Source: Chlorokybus atmophyticus (Eukaryota; Plantae; Mesostigma and Chlorokybus algae). From it: a DNA stretch of 64,000 nt. The stretch spans positions 62,001-126,000 of the forward strand of contig RHPI01001292.1 in assembly GCA_009103225.1 (NCBI GenBank), in the 5' to 3' direction. The translations under genes and the position numbers were made by a program. Shown piece by piece: positions 50,891-64,000 of the stretch. The notes under the pieces were generated by a model. That model did no database searches, was not told the DNA's origin, and saw nothing but the letters and a program-made list of their open reading frames with translations. The first letter of the stretch is position 1, and each line of letters begins with the position of its first letter.

Positions 50891-51941
50891 TGTAACGCGG
50901 CTAGTAGTTATGCTCGAAGTGCTTGGACATATGTGAGATAGACAACCAACAAGCATGTATGCTTGCTGCTACAAGGTAGACATTAATGTGGAGCAGTTAG
51001 CCACCTATGTCCATATGGTAGATGTTGACATCTTATACGTGGTGTTTATCAGACGGACATTAATGTGGGCTGGTTAGCCACAAATGTTTAATATGTAGAC
51101 GTGTCTATATTGTAGATAAAAACATCTCAGAAGAAAAGCATAGTTAATATCTAATACATGAGTGCAAAAATCTTACAGTTATTATCTTACAGTTATCATA
51201 GCTTCGATCTTGATACCAAAAGCACTTATGTCTGGAGAATACCAGAAGAGACAAGCATGGACATCACACACAAAGGCGTGGATATCTTAGCAACGAATGT
51301 CCACATTGTAGAAGACACTGTGGATATTACACGTGCACTTATCCGGAAGGTGCCAGAAGAGGCAGATGCGTATATCGCACGGAAGTACGCTGGTATTGTA
51401 GACTGAAATACCGATATTTCAGAGATTGGTATACATAAACTGTGGCCACGACTGTATCCAATGGCCAATACCATGAGATAATAGTATAATCTCATGGGTT
51501 GCTCATATACTTGGGGTAAGATATCCTTTAAGATGATTGATGTGAGCCTAGTAAGGGCAAGTGCAAGAGTGCTTGTCACAAGATGGTTGGCCGTCTTAGA
51601 TTGCATTATGGTCCGAACGAGGCACCATTGGTGGAAACACCCACTACCCTTAAGTGACTAGATAAGGCAGTAGGCAAGGCATGGGAGACTTGGATCTACC
51701 TTGCCTTGGCGTGCTCGCTCGTGTGGGACTTCACGTGGGGTGTTCGGGTGAGAGGCCGTTCAAGGGGGTGCCAAAGCTCTTCAACCTCAAGGTTTGGACG
51801 TGTGTCCATATGTAGCACTTGTGTGTGTGAGTGTATACACGGTGTGAGGGTGCTTGCACATGTGTGTGAGTGCTTGCACGACGTAGAGTGCATAACCCTC
51901 ATAGGTGAGAGCTAAGTGCTCAAGCCTAGGGTGGCGTTACA
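50891..51941 (+). repeat. 3' LTR of the chromovirus
   Basis: Direct repeat of 27887-28958. Confidence 0.95.
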
Positions 51942-51946
51942 GGGGA

Positions 51947-52316
51947 CTACACCCTCATGAAGAATTGTTTGCAATATGGTCCGTTATGTGGATGACATAC
52001 TCATTCATTCCGAGATTTTAGGATATACATATCATATGTATGTACCGTGTTTAATGGTTAAACACGGTGTTGATAGAAGGTACTGACCTGAGCACGTGTT
52101 ACATGTTACGGATGTCGCAAATTGCTTGGTAAAAGTCCCTTTCCTACTTGCATTGTTTTAGCAAACCGTGGAAGCTTCGTGCACGGCCATTTATAGCAAA
52201 AGTAGTTGCCACACTTATATGCAATGCTTGATGCACGCGCACCACATCCACATTTGGATGTTCACAATAGCGGCAATTATGGGGTAGTTGTGAGTTGATA
52301 CACAAGCTTTGCACGC
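51947..52316 (+). mobile_element. Decayed Penelope-like element RT, 3' part
   Basis: VRYVDDILIH (YVDD at 51985-51996), KVPFL, TAIYSK and PH...YGVVVS*YTSFAR continue the RT motifs found left of the chromovirus. Confidence 0.65.
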
Positions 52317-54107
52317 CTCTAGATCTGACCAACCTCAAGTTGACATAGCCACTCAGAGCTACAGTTTAAGACATTGGCTTAACAAGTTGTGTGATCATAT
52401 GTTTTGCATTCAATGTACAACGCTGCGGCAGGTTGTACGGTGTCCAAGCAAAGTATATGTACCATACGATTTACAACAAGGTTCGCGCATTGCGTGGAGC
52501 ATGAGTCCCATTCCCGCCATTTCATGTTGCCTTGCCTGATTTAGTGTTTGCTTGTGCTATGTGCTTGTCACGTCCAAAGGACTAGCTTAAGTCACTCTTA
52601 CTTTCGTACTTATCTGGCCAAAATCCTCACTTGGTACTTCTTACTAACGGTAAGAAGGACTAAGTGATTTCGTATAGTCATAGTATGTGTAGCACCTGGC
52701 ATATGTGCTCATAAGGTCGATTCTTATGCACTCACTGTATAAGGACATATCAGCTACAAGGCATTGTCTATAGTAAGTACATGACTGATCAGTGTCAAGC
52801 GCAAAGTTGCTCAGGTCGCAAAAGTGTTGCCTATGTTGATGTTTCCGAGGGTGGACAAGGTCAGCCTATGCTGAGTGGGCAGCGCATAGGTGGCATCCAA
52901 TGCCTTGTTGGCCTCAGGCACCCGATGTACCAGATCAGAGAGCAATGAGTGGTAAAGCCAGATGTGACTACCATCATGTGGTGGTGAGGAGTTATTAGCC
53001 TAGCAAGATTACTTATGTGTGGGGAGCTTGGATGAAGCTACTGAAGGGGCTCTCTCCATTTACTCCCCTATGGGTTGTTGCTAGGTTTGTGAGATTTGTG
53101 CGTATTACCGTCATTATTCAATGCCTCTTAAGTCGCTTGGTTGTAGTTTCAAGTTCACATGCAGGCAATTTCAACCTTAATGTGGAGTCGCCGCTAGCAG
53201 CACTGCCCACGCCGGGCAGTTGCTGACAGTGGCGCTGTTATTTTTGGTGGGCTGCTGTGCAAGCTATGGTCGCTTTCCTTGCTGCAGCCGTTGCCTACAT
53301 TTCGTGCATGATCGCTGGTGTTTTCCGTTTGTTTGTTCAAACACTAAGTTGTTTGGGGCTTGCCCCAGCCCTTGGCACTGTGCATTGTTACTTGTCATGG
53401 TTATTGAGTATGTATACATCACTGCATACTTTTGTGCTTGGTTCGTTGTGCATATATACTTCAATAACCGCAACGCATGCAACACTGAAAGTTACATATC
53501 CATTACCTATCAATTAAGATTCACACATGTTATACATAGCAATAGCTAGCAATATACAAACCACATCGGTTGAAAGTATAAAGCATACCGGACTTCAAAA
53601 CACTTATCATTTACGTCTTGCCATTGCTGTCAACCGATTAATGCTTGAGGTTCACAAGGATATCTTGCTGCAAACGAGTATGAACAACGAATAAATCTTC
53701 ATTGTGCATTACGCTGCATGTTACATGCAATAAGTTATATACATAGCGGTATACCCCTTTTATATACAATGCTTCTTGATACAACCATACTGTAATGTAT
53801 AGTGCATGATACTTTGTACACAACATGCATTGTTTGATGCCCATGAGTGGCAAGCTGAATATGCGCCAAAAAAAACCTGCATTGCGAGTTGCGAGCCATG
53901 AGATCGCAGCTACCTGCACAATAGCTTGATTTGCGTGGCTACCACAGTTTGTGGCTGCAACAGTTCAGAAGGTAAAAAAAACAGATTGACCACCATGGTA
54001 GGCAGCAGACATGTCAATGGCCGAAAGTGATGCAATAGCAGAGCTGTGCTTGCGTGCACGTGCAAGTGCCTTGGCGAAAACAAACCTAGCCTACAAACCT
54101 GCGCGTA

Positions 54108-57100
54108 CTAAAGCATCCAAGAAGGTGTGGGGCGTCGCTTTTTTCTGCTATCTCTAGTGCTCTGCAAGGCATACAAAAAATGAGCTGGTGGACCCCTTAC
54201 AAACGTACCCTGACCACGGGCTTGAACCATGTGCAGATGGCGAGGGCATAACAAAGCACATGCACCAGCTAGACACGCTGACAAATGCCCACATAGGATA
54301 AACAGACTGCTCACCATGTATGGATCCGAAGCTGCTGCACCTCGGCCTCTGCCCCGACCTCTTCTAGACACGCCGCCGCGGGCACTTGAGTGTCCTCCTC
54401 GATACGGATAGCGCTCAGGACTGCCTCTGCATAGGCAATATTGACTCATGCACATTGTCTACGGCCAGCAATCTGGCACGCAGCTGCATGACATATTGTA
54501 CCGGTGATGGGCGTAGCCTGGTGGTGAACGTGCAGGTAGTTGTGGTGAAGGTTGAGATGACACGCCGATACCATACATTCGGAGTGCCTCTATGGCTGCC
54601 TGTAAGCAGTGCAACAGCGAATAATCTGAACCAAGCATACAAGGATGGCATGACAGAACGATCACAAAGCACGAATACTTCATGTAGGGCCATGTAACGG
54701 GCCATGTAGAAAATTGAATCACCTGCGCTTCTGCCTCTTGTCTGGTATCACCTTCACCATAGCCGAACACGCGGCCACCAACATGAACCTATCAAGCGAT
54801 ACATGTTAGCTGTGGTTTACCTGCAGAGGTTACACCCCAGCTCGTGGTAAATTGCACGACAAGGTTGTTATAAACACAACACTGGTGCAGAGTGCCGCCC
54901 CTAATGTGGAGATTACCTCCACAACGTAACCTCTGCTGCCGACTTCGCTCGACAAGTCATGATATTCAATAGTATCCGAACCCCTTTGCAATGCCTGCGG
55001 ATGCGCATGAAGGCAGCTAAGACAAGTACATACATACATTTTTTTGCATTAAAGGCTGTCAAGCTGACACCATGCAGACACAACAGTGCAGGGCCAGTAG
55101 GAGATTGCTGACCCGCATGCAGCGAGAGATAGTTGACCCACATCCAACTAAACTAACATACCAAGATTGCAAGCACGCCCTTCGGGTCCGCGATGCCTGT
55201 TGGACTCGTTGGGCCGCTGACCGGTGAAGGCGGACCGGCGGGTGTCAACACTTGCTGCGCCGGTGTGCGATCCCTTGCTGTGAGGCAAGACAATATGACC
55301 GTCAGGTGTTGTGTCATACAGTATTGCCAACAGAACAGACAGCGCGGCAAGCCCGCAGCAGGAATGCAACGTACAAACCGCACCGCTCAGTGTGTCAAGA
55401 GCGCGCGAAGCAGCGAGCTGCTTGGCCTCTTCTTTTGTGGGCGCAAAGCCGGCACCCAGCAGTTCAGAATTCATCAAAACCTGCAGCAACGAGATGCGCT
55501 GTTTTTCACACACTGAACCAACCACGATTGACTGGTGCTCATCGCACCTGAACTTGCAAATTCACTACATGTGCCACGCACCTCACAGCCGTATCTTGTC
55601 CCTGATGTCGATGGGCCAGGCTTCACGAGCGAGTCGTAAACCACCTATTGATATTAAAACAACTTAAGACACCCTGAGCAAAACGCCTTACCCGCACAAG
55701 TGTCCATCCTTACCATTGCGTTGCGATCGGCGGCATAGTCATTGAGCATGGCTACAAAGTTCCGTGGGCTTCCCACACTTGTGGGCTGCCGAGAAGGGAA
55801 CTCTGCACCCAAGCGTGTCGCGTGTTGTCTTGTAGGGCCGGGGGGAGTGTCTGTGGGAGGCAGCAAAGGCAACAATCGCGACGAAGGCTGTTGCGCCGGC
55901 TGCTCTGCTGAGCTTAGAGCCGGCGGCATGTTGTCCATTGTGCCATTGGCTGGACCTGGGTGGTCGTCTTCATCATCTGCAACAGCCATGCGGATGTTGG
56001 GTACGCACACATGTTGGGTGGTTGATGCATGTTAGCATTCAAGACACACACAACCACACCAGAAAATGGCTCTAGGTTCAAGTCGAATGCCATGGCAGGG
56101 CGTGACAGAGGGGCATTCCCGTTGGATGCTGCTGAACGCACACGCAAGCAACGAGTCAGCATGCGGATTTCCAAGGTTGAAACCCACCAAACAAATGCAA
56201 CGGAGAACCCACTCAAGTGACTTACCTGGAAGGGCTGGAAGAAGTGCCTCTGGCTGAGGCTTTGTTTCCTCAATCTGAGCAGAAGGAGGAGGAGGAGAGG
56301 GAGGAGGAGGCTCTTCAATGACCATAGGCTGCCAGCGTACGAGGTGGTCAGTTCTTAAGACTCGCTTATACGTCAACTCAGGCCTACAATTACAGTTCAT
56401 ATAGAGAAGCCACCTGTGCATCCGCTGGCTGCGTCTCTGTTGAGGATATCGACCGGCTCAACCTCCCCTGCGAACGGGACTCCGTCTCCGGCTCACTCGC
56501 ATCACCGGCCTGCCCTGCAGGGCCATCTTGCTTCACGATATGTATGTCCTGCTCATACACTCACACCTGTGAGCGCATATTGCTAGAACCCACACGGCAT
56601 TGCGGCCTCCTTGTGAAACCGTCGCATAACATGCATGAAAGGGTTGAGTACCCGCCATTGCAGGAACTCTGTGCAGCTGGGCTGCCGGGGGAGGGTGTCT
56701 GGTTGATCATCAGCAAACACTTTGCCCAGCTCGGCGGGCAGCTTCTCGTCCACATCCCTGTAGGTTGAGCGGATGCGTTACCATTCCAACAGTCACACTG
56801 TATGCCAGCCTTGGCAAACATGTCACTATCCACACTCCCATTGTTTGCTAAGCTCAGTGCATTACCTGAAGAAAAAATTCCTCACATTGCACAGAACATT
56901 GCGCATCAGGACAGTCGCTGCATTCTCTTCAGTAACCTGCACGCGTGTCCACGTGGTTATCAACTGCCAGACCAACCTATATGCTATTGTCACTGTCTTA
57001 ACAACAAGCAAAAAGCCAACTGAGCAAAGAAACGAACTTCGGCATCTGGGTTGGCATATGGCTGATACGGAGGAGCTGCGTAGATGTTGGGGTGATCCTT

Positions 57101-59627
57101 CTCCTCCCACAAGTTGGGACGGTCATCGAGCACAACAGTCCATGCAGGATGACACCAATGGTCAAGGCTCTTGAAGACGTTCCGTAGCGACTTCTTGGTA
57201 TCTGTGTCACAACCGAATCACATGGTTACAAATCTGCGGTCTCTTAACAACCGCGCGCCAACTCAGTGCTATGCCAGCTTTGAGCTTTGCGCCGAAGCAA
57301 GCAGCTTCTTGCCATGCTTTCGCAAGCGCAATCCAATCATCGACAGCTGGCGCAGAGTAGAAAACAGTGTCACCCAATTGAAAGGTGTCACACCCCACCG
57401 CACCCCGCACAAGGGGTCGGATGTTCTGCCTGGGAGCCTGCACTCATGATGCAGCATGTATGATGTAAAACCCACTTCAGCAACGCGTAAAAGTGTTGCT
57501 GTTGGCTAAAGAAACACAGCCACATTCACATGAGCCTTGCCTGATTTGGTGCAGACAACGCGTTCCTGCTGCGCCGCAATTTCGATGAGCTCGGCATTCG
57601 GGTCCAAAAGTCGCCAGACTTCGTGCGCGTATCTGTGCTCCGCAAGTGTGCACACCCACACGTCGTATCGCCTCCGCCCTTGCGAACCCGCGAGATAGCG
57701 CCTCACGACTTCCCAGAAGGGCCGCACGTGCATAAGCATGCTGGTACCGCGGTCCTGATGTTGCGCATGCACATTGTGTAAGTGACGGCCCAACGCAACC
57801 GTCACAACGCGTGTGAAACCTTGCTAGGCTCACCTCTGGCTCAATTCTGGTCAGCACTGCAGTGCCATCAGGGATGCGAATGACCGGGCGTGTGAAGGTC
57901 TGCCCGCCGTTGTGAGCACCGCCCTGCACAACCTCCCTGACCGCACGCAGCTTGCGTCCTTCTAAAGTGACAGTGTCAGTGTCTCTGTACTGTTGCAGCA
58001 GGAGGCGGTCTGCCTTCAGCCTCTCCAACTCAGCTTGCCAGCCCGCAACTCGCGATGACTGGCTGTACTCCGCAATGCGCCGCTGCGAGCACACACAAGT
58101 GTGCCCGTCACCACATGCACATATGCATATGCGTGCATACACGCACACACACGCATGAGTAGTCTGCACCATGACCAGTAGCATTGTTGAACACAGCGTG
58201 AGGAGTGCTCACCTGTACCGCCTCGATCTTGTCGTCAAAAGACTTCGTCGAGTTTGCAACCACAACAGTTTCATCCAAGTCCAGCACCAGCCCCATGCGG
58301 CGTTCGACAAGCATCTTGCAAGCCCTTTTGTACTCGCCTTTGCCGCACACAAAGCCCCAGAAAATGGGCGGCCCATTTGCAGCACGCGCTCGCACGGGCA
58401 CAAGATGCAGCTCCAGCCCACTCTGCAGCTCAACAATGGCCGTCTGCACAAAGATAGAGCTTAATCAGCAAGCAAGCATGGTTTCAACGGACTCTAGGTG
58501 CTGGTCAGTATAGTTTGTGTGACAGCTGCACAGCTGGCCTGTCACAGACCGTGAGGCTAACACACAACGCTGCTAGTAAACCGCATTGCATGCAGTCAGC
58601 ATGCTGGTAAGCCCGGGCTGACTGCCAGCAATGCTGTTTGCCAGCAGCTGTGAAACAAGCTTATGGGTGACTGATCTCAACAGCAATGAGTGCATTAGTG
58701 TACAGGTGTGTGTGTCAGTTAATGAGCTTGCCGTCAGCACTACCAACTGCAAGCTCAACGTAATGGTAAACAACAGCTTGGTTGTTAGGGGTAACTAGCT
58801 GTTGCTGGTTTGCGGCCGCCAACCAAGCTGCGGCTGCATGCTGGTAGCTGAGCTGAGCTGAGTTTCAGCCAGCTGTTAGGGTTCTCTGGCTCAATGGCCA
58901 TCCAAACTGTTGAGAATTATGCGGTGTTTGACTGCGCCTTTGCCAGCAGCAGTAGCGCTAGCCAGCTGTCACTCGGACGGGCCAATCTCTCGCATAGGAG
59001 CCTATTCATGCCGTTATCGGCACATTGCTGGAACAGCTGGCAGCCAAGGCCTCCGCTGCTGTGCTGATGTGATGGGCCAGCAGCTTTGCCGCTGTGTTGG
59101 TTGGATGGGTTATGGCAACAGCCGCTAGCTGCGCATGCTTGCCGGCTGCTGTTCAAGCTGCTTAAGCAGCGCGCTTGGCAGCTGTTGTCGTTGTTGTTGT
59201 AGTGGTAATTGTTGCTGCTGGTGTAACTGTCGTTATGAAGTGTGGAATAGAGTTTGGAAGTGGTGGTATGCTTGCCGACCTGAGCGTTGTTCAGGCAGAA
59301 GTTGTGGAACTTCTGCACCTCGGCGTGGTTGAGCTTGTCTCTGTCGGGGTCGCCGGCTGGCGTGACGTCGAGGACGGGCCCGCCGCGGGAGATGATATGC
59401 AGGATGATGATGGGGTGGAGCCTGGACGGCGGGGCGCTGAGCTCCGCCACCTTCATCTGCCGCTCAAGCTGCCTCTCAAGCTTGCCCCACGGCAGCAGGA
59501 TGTTGGCTGCTGCTGCTGAGGCCGATGAGGCGGGCGGGCGAGGCGACACCTTCACAGAGGCCGTCCTCTTGTCCAGGATCTGCATGAGAGTATTTAGGGG
59601 CTCCGACGGCTCCTCCTCCGCCTCCAT
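54108..59627 (-). CDS. CPL1: RNA polymerase II CTD phosphatase-like 1/2 (FCP-like domain plus two dsRNA-binding motifs), multi-exon
   Basis: MGLVLDLDETVVVANSTKSFDDKIEAVQ (DxDxT), TRIEPE|...TSMLMHVRPFWE, VCTLAEHRYAHEVWRLLDP, and dsRBD ends GAGFAPTKEEAKQLAASRAL and GYGEGDTRQEAEAQ. Confidence 0.85.
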
Positions 59628-60916
59628 GGCGACAAACACGAGGTCGAGGACGAGGATAAGGACGAGGGCGTGAAGGAGGCAGACAAACAGTGGCTGCGCG
59701 GCTACGTGTAAACTCCAGCTCAACCTCAGTGGTGAAATCAGCTGGCTAGGCAGGGGCAAGCGTCAGCTTAAGCTTCGGCGCGAGAGTCGCCGCCGCCATA
59801 TCATATGTTGACAGTGACCGCGCGAGGCGTTGGCGTCGTTTGTTTCAGTGGGCGTGAGTGCGCGCCTTTTGCATCGTGGTTGGGAGCCCCTTTCTGCGGA
59901 GTTTGCCGTGCCGTTGATTGGTGGCAGCAGCGTGGAATTCCGGTAGTGTGTGCGCCTAATGAGCCGATGTCTTATTTATGTCATGAATTGTGACTATTGG
60001 TACCAACATCCTTAACACACTGCGTTATGATGCAAATGACAGCAATAACATCCATGTATAAGAAACACTTAATGCTGATTACTCATAATGCGTGTGATAT
60101 GCAGCAAGTCTGTTGCCGTTGAACTATTACTGACGATTAATGCTGTTACGGCAAACAAGCATTATAATTCATAGGGACGCAATAACATCAGATCCAAATT
60201 TGGCTGATTGCATAACATATTTGATATGGGTTCAGCAACGGTACTAGAAGGATGTCCAATCAATGCAAATGCTCTGCTTCATTTGCACTATGTGCCAACA
60301 ATATTGCGAGTTGCTGTATGGTTCATCATATTCCCATGTTGACTGGAACGATAGCTTGATGCACTTGCACTGTGAATACAACATTGTAAGTAGGGCAGGG
60401 TGTATGAGCTTTTCAATGAGTTGGATGTTGGAGCGCACGCAACATCTAGGCACACAGCAAGCAAGCGGAACCTTTAACAAGCAAGCAAGTAAGCAAACAC
60501 GCATAAGGGCAGGGGCACAACCAGGTAAGTGCTCCACCAAAATTTGTGCCGTGGGCGAGGACGAGGGCTGAGGGCGGGGCAGCAAGGCAAGCAAGCATTT
60601 AGGCAGTAGACAACTTGAGGCAACGAGAGATAAGTGTTAAGGAGGTGGGCCCGCAAGTGTATATGCTGTTCAGTGTAATATATAAATATATAGATATATA
60701 CACTAATTAGCATATAAAACAACCGTAACCATGTGCAGTATGTTGCATAGTCACACATTGCCACATGCCCACAAAATCCATAAGCTCATCATTACGTGCG
60801 GTGGCATGCCAGCACTGGGTTCAACTTTAGTCTAACTATAACTACTATACCACCCACCCCATTAATCATTGAGGCATGCATAATCATACTATCAGCAGCA
60901 CACAAGTAGGAGCACG

Positions 60917-60920
<4 letters not shown>

Positions 60921-60996
<76 letters not shown>

Positions 60997-61218
60997 CTCG
61001 CTCTCGCTCTCGCTCTCGCTCTCGCTCTCGCTCTCGCTCTCGCTCGCGCTCGCGCTCGCGCTCTCGCTCTCGCTCGCGCTCTCGCTCGCGCTCTCGCTCG
61101 CGCTCGCGCTCGCGCTCGCGCTCTCGCGCTCTCGCGCTCTCGCGCTCGCTCTCGCTCTCTCTCGCTCTCGCTCTCGCTCTCTCTCGCTCTCTCGCTCTCT
61201 CGCTCTCGCTCTCGCTCT
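60921..61218. repeat. Compound microsatellite (CT)n - (CTCTCG)n - (CTCGCG)n and degenerate mixtures
   Basis: Seen directly in the sequence. Confidence 0.97.
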
Positions 61219-61493
61219 GCAGCAAAGACAAACAACGGCAAGCACATGGGCTGGCCACCAATGAAGCCCCCAGCAAACCAACATAATCAACAACAATATG
61301 ACATGGTGAGCTGGTTCGATGGGCATGCGGCAATGAACTCGTGGCATTTGACATCACCAGGCGCACGTTGCATTACCATTGGAACTCACTCGCAATGAGC
61401 CTGCGGCCATTGCGACCATCAAGGCAATGGTGCCCACCTAGGCAAAGGTGCTTGGCCACTTATGCACTAATGTGCGTTACAGCTATACTCTCA

Positions 61494-64000
61494 CTACAGT
61501 GTTAGCTTCCTTTTTCTGGGCTTGACAGCGCCAGTCCGTTCCCTATCAGCGCCCTCAGGCATTGCATCATCGCTGGACCCATTTACAGTGAGACTGCGGC
61601 TGTGCGGCTTCTTGCGACCAGAGTTTGGTGTCTGCCTGATCTGCTTGCGAACAGGTGCTGCACCGACACCATTGGGATTCGGTGCTGCTGAGCCTTTTTC
61701 TTTGCGCTTTGCTGGTGCCAGGTTAAAGTCGTTAATCGCATCTTCCTTCATGAGTTGCTTGAAAACCTGGAGAGTGGTAGTAAAATCAGCTGGCTGTTGA
61801 GATCACGATTAATGTACCTGTCAATCTGATCTGTACCTGATGGCGCTGTCGGTAGAACTCAAAGCTAGAAGTATCTCCTGTCAATGGCAATTGACTAGTA
61901 TCAAATGCTCTTTGCTGATGAAAACTGGTGACTGTTTCGCCTGGCCGCATTGCTTCACTCGGTGAATATTGCTGTATGATACCACAGCAGGTTAGCTGCC
62001 AACCAATTTGTCCCATCTGCATCAGCAATGCAATCGAGACACCAAACTGCCACATACACCAGCATCAATTTCACTAAAGCATTATGAAGAACTCCTTCCT
62101 GCAGGCAACAGCGAAGGTAATACTCGTCTGCATACCTGGCACCGGCCGTCAGTCAGGCCATAACAAATCTTGATGTGCTGCTTGAGCAAAAGCAGCAGGG
62201 AGAGTGCTACGACATGGTCGCAATCTCTCTGTGTGGCAGTGCACAGGATCAGCAAGTTATATCACAACTGTTGACCAATTGCAGGACCCTATGACGTAGT
62301 ACATACGCAATAGACACATGCAATAGTGCAAACACAAACACACGACCTCCCTTTCATCCACGTGTGCAGCCATCGGAGTAACAACACCACTGCCACTTAC
62401 TTGAACCTGAGGCGGCAATGGTATACGGGAGTTGCCAGTGCTGCCATTGTGAACTGGCGCTTCGTGTTCGGATTTGCCAAAAAACATCTTCAACGAGGAC
62501 AGCAAGCTGCTGCCTTTGAGCGTGACAATGCGGTTGATGGTGTAGACTATGTACAGGGGTTCATCAAGAAGAGTGAAAGGCAGAAAGGCTGCAATGCTGA
62601 CAAGATACCTGCACATGCAAGGTGTTCGACATAAGACGTTGCCTGAACATTTGCCAAGGCGGGGCACATGAGCACAGGATGCATAACGGCCAACTCACAG
62701 AGCAAAAATGAGCCCGCCATTGTTTTGGCTGGGAGGTTCTTCAAACTTCTGAAGCAGCGCTGAGATGAACTTGTTTCTTGATGCTCGCGATACACGCATT
62801 AGTTTGTACAAACGTGAAAAGCCCTCTTTCAACTCAAGGGTCATGGGGATCTGCGCCGGCTCATGTACAGCCTGTCCGTTGGCTTGTGCACACAGTGCTC
62901 GGCACAAACCAAATGATAACTGAAGCCCATCCCCAAGCTGCGCTTCCAAGAAGGTTGGGTATCTGCGTCAAGTTGCAATAAAGAGAGGGCTCAGCCACAG
63001 CCTTGCATAGTCACAGGCGAGTTGACTTACTTCTCGTGCAACTTCTCCAATATGTGGTGTGCTGACTTGCGGATCTGCTCCTCAGGATCAACCACCAGTG
63101 AAACTAATCGCGAAATGCATGTCATTGGGTGTACCAAGCCTTGACGCAGCACAAGCTCAACCACCTTCAACGCCATACTCCGCACGTCCACCACGCAATG
63201 GGTAAGGGCCTGGAGTATGTACTGCCAATACAGCTGCCACAGAGTCCAGTAAGCCCCAGGAACAAGGTCACAGCAATCTGTGGCATGTCTCACATATGGT
63301 GGAAGTGCAGTAACCGACCTGCACAACACCGCTGCTGGCACTGGTGTCCCCAGCTCCTGCAGCGACCAGAAGTGCTTCATCCGTAGGAGCTTTTCTGATG
63401 GACTTGCTCTTGCTTTTTTCCTCAGCAAGGTCGATAGCACCTCCCATGCGTGCCTCATCTTCCTGCAAGAAGTCGCAAAAGTTTCGCAGCATCTGTGTCT
63501 TCAGGCGCGGGTCGCTGCCTTCATCAATTTTTGCGACAACTAGCTTTTCAATACTCGGCAACAGAAGCAGCTTGGGACGTGCAATCATGATGAAGCCACA
63601 GCCTTGCAGTGCACGCTGCTGAATGTCGAACTCTCCTAGCAGCATGTAGTGTTGGTAGACTTGCAGGACCTGCTCGATGCTTACGCCATTCTCCACGGTT
63701 GATGCAGCAGCATCAATGGCATCAGCGTAGTACCGGCAGAAATGCCCCAAGACAAAAAGGCTGCGTAGTACGTGCGCCTTGAGAGTTGCATTGAGTGCAG
63801 CGCTTTGCCCATCATGAAGCACGCCGTAAAATCGTTGGGATAAACCTAGCACTGGAGCAGAAGGAATGGCTTCCAACTTTGCCAGCGTGCAAAGGCATTT
63901 TACAGCAGCGTGAACAGTAAACAGATACGACTGCCGAAGAATCAGTGTGCGCAGCGCCTGTGCCACCCCTTCAGCTAAGGCTGCTGGCGGCCGCTGAACC
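61494..64000 (-). CDS. SCC2: Cohesin loader SCC2/NIPBL, 3' exons (gene starts outside the window)
   Basis: LILRQSYLFTVHAAVKCLC, LRSLFVLGHFCRY, RALQGCGFIMIARP, ALKVVELVLRQGLVHPMTCISRLVSL, SRNKFISALL and LPFTLLDEPLYIVYTINR (Nipped-B C-terminal region). Confidence 0.88.

Larger units (their letters stand above)
27887..51941 (+). mobile_element. Ty3/gypsy chromovirus, decayed, interrupted by a nested element at 32141-48774
   Basis: LTRs TGTAAC...GTTACA, 5-bp TSD GGGGA (27882-27886 and 51942-51946), PBS, PPT, and gag-PR-RT-RH-IN-chromodomain remnants. Confidence 0.95.

Noticed and set aside
60792-61366. RE/RA/SR-repeat ORFs
   Set aside because: These are translations of the microsatellite in several frames with no coding signal.
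1-64000. CRISPR arrays, rRNA or tRNA genes
   Set aside because: I saw no regularly spaced repeat-spacer array or recognisable structural RNA gene. The tRNA-like matches are only retrotransposon primer-binding sites.

Overview
Eukaryotic nuclear DNA from the green plant lineage. Intron-rich genes, TROL, CGLD27 and CPL1 suggest a green or early streptophyte alga; this is inference. The left arm (1-26 kb) holds a decayed pogo/Tigger transposase, CGLD27/Ycf36, WDR70 head-to-head with SRPRB, a WW-domain gene, a low-complexity WD40 gene with two N gaps, and TROL. The centre (27-52 kb) is a transposon nest whose target-site duplications (TSDs) can all be read. A decayed Penelope-like RT is split by a chromodomain Ty3/gypsy element (27887-51941, TSD GGGGA). 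That element is split by a minus-strand Ty3/gypsy element (32141-48774, TSD AAGG), which in turn contains a Ty1/copia element (39970-45012, TSD GTTCC) and a solo LTR (38910-39338, TSD CGCGC). The inner gypsy element is the most interesting object. It encodes a degenerate C5-cytosine DNA methyltransferase between protease and RT and a PHD finger after integrase. Its terminal repeats are split and permuted (B-internal-A-GC-B-A) around a near-palindromic junction instead of forming two ordinary LTRs. The right arm holds CPL1-like CTD phosphatase and the 3' part of SCC2/NIPBL. Two CHCH-domain exons sit inside a TROL intron next to a single N. Percent identities are by-eye estimates and no searches were run.
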